Below are positions 63,619-64,000 of a DNA stretch of 64,000 nt, in pieces (within the stretch, counting starts at the first letter, position 1; every line of letters starts with the position of its first letter). The notes below the pieces were generated by a model. The model was not told the DNA's origin, made no database searches, and worked only from the letters and a program-made list of their open reading frames with translations. A program made the position numbers and the translations under genes. Source of the stretch: Clostridia bacterium (GTDB lineage Bacteria; Bacillota; Clostridia; Christensenellales; Aristaeellaceae); NCBI GenBank assembly GCA_045617125.1, contig JAZLIA010000034.1, positions 3,739 to 67,738 on the forward strand, given 5' to 3'.

Positions 63619-64000
63619 ATGAAAAAAAGCATTCTCACAACCCTATCTGTTCTTATCCTTTCCGTTGTGATGATCACGACGCTCGCGGCCGGCGCGACAG
63701 CAGAAAACGACTCGATCCCTGCGGAGGAGATCGACCGTCTTTTGAACGTTGAAACCGATCCCGCACAGGTGACCAGCCCCTTCATAGAAGTGGGTAATAA
63801 AAACCGCGAGAGCATCGTGGGCATCCGCAATTATCAGGAAGTGACCACCTATTCCGTTAATGATTTCGGTTTTCCCTTCGATTTCGGTTTCCCCTTTGAT
63901 TTTGGCTTCGGCGGCGGCTACGGAAACGGCTACGGCGGAAGCAACCGCACAGAAGAACAATTGGCTGCCACCGGCAGCGGCGTGGTGATCACCTCCTACG
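63619..64000 (+). CDS. HtrA/DegP-like trypsin-family serine protease, 5' partial (runs off the window)
   Basis: Not in the ORF track because there is no stop in the window. My translation from ATG 63619 (GGAGG RBS at 63606-63610) is MKKSILTTLSVLILSVVMITTLAAGA...SPFIEVGNKNRESIVGIRN...ATGSGVVITSY. It shows a signal anchor and a GSGVVI motif typical of S1C proteases. Confidence 0.6.
   Translation, partial: MKKSILTTLSVLILSVVMITTLAAGATAENDSIPAEEIDRLLNVETDPAQVTSPFIEVGNKNRESIVGIRNYQEVTTYSVNDFGFPFDFGFPFDFGFGGGYGNGYGGSNRTEEQLAATGSGVVITSY

Noticed and set aside
63862-63939. A nucleotide-level tandem repeat near the window end.
   Set aside because: It lies inside the htrA-like CDS and encodes a low-complexity linker (FGFPFDFGFPFDFGFGGGYGNGYGG). 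It is a coding repeat, not an independent DNA element.

Overview
This 64-kb bacterial window is gene-dense and dominated by carbohydrate uptake and catabolism. Gene content, AGGAGG-type ribosome-binding sites and TTGACA/TATAAT promoters suggest a Clostridia-like Firmicute, but that is inference only. All family calls come from motifs I recognise in the supplied translations; no database search was run.

Left to right:
- tRNA-Ser(GGA) and cstA.
- A visibly lower-G+C patch (about 1.9-15.7 kb). It holds decayed or orphan genes, a secreted C45/Ntn acyltransferase-hydrolase, an APH-type kinase, and a co-directional cluster of tandem GNAT, acyl carrier protein, adenylate-forming ligase, MacB/FtsX ABC exporter and amino-acid ABC importer.
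- A seven-gene minus-strand operon joined by five consecutive ATGA overlaps: binding protein, membrane AraC regulator, GldA/F/G-like ABC, DUF4340 protein and GH43.
- An Lpl-type sugar ABC importer with GH10-like, LacI and GH5 genes.
- A second lower-G+C patch carrying an FtsX permease and a GAF-domain-fused ABC ATPase.
- A complete iolR-J-C-A-G-B-D-E myo-inositol operon that continues into a cytoplasmic GH38 alpha-mannosidase.
- A GH105/88 gene, an uncharacterised toroid-like protein and an Opp/Dpp-type ABC locus.
- A membrane protein, a TIM-barrel protein and a ROK kinase, then the 5' end of an HtrA-like protease.

The candidates most worth a second look are the GNAT/ACP/ligase/exporter/importer cluster, the GAF-ABC ATPase fusion, a roughly 164-nt hairpin-forming intergenic repeat (two full copies plus one 24-nt fragment), and the GH38 gene embedded in the iol operon. 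I saw no CRISPR array, rRNA or intact mobile element.
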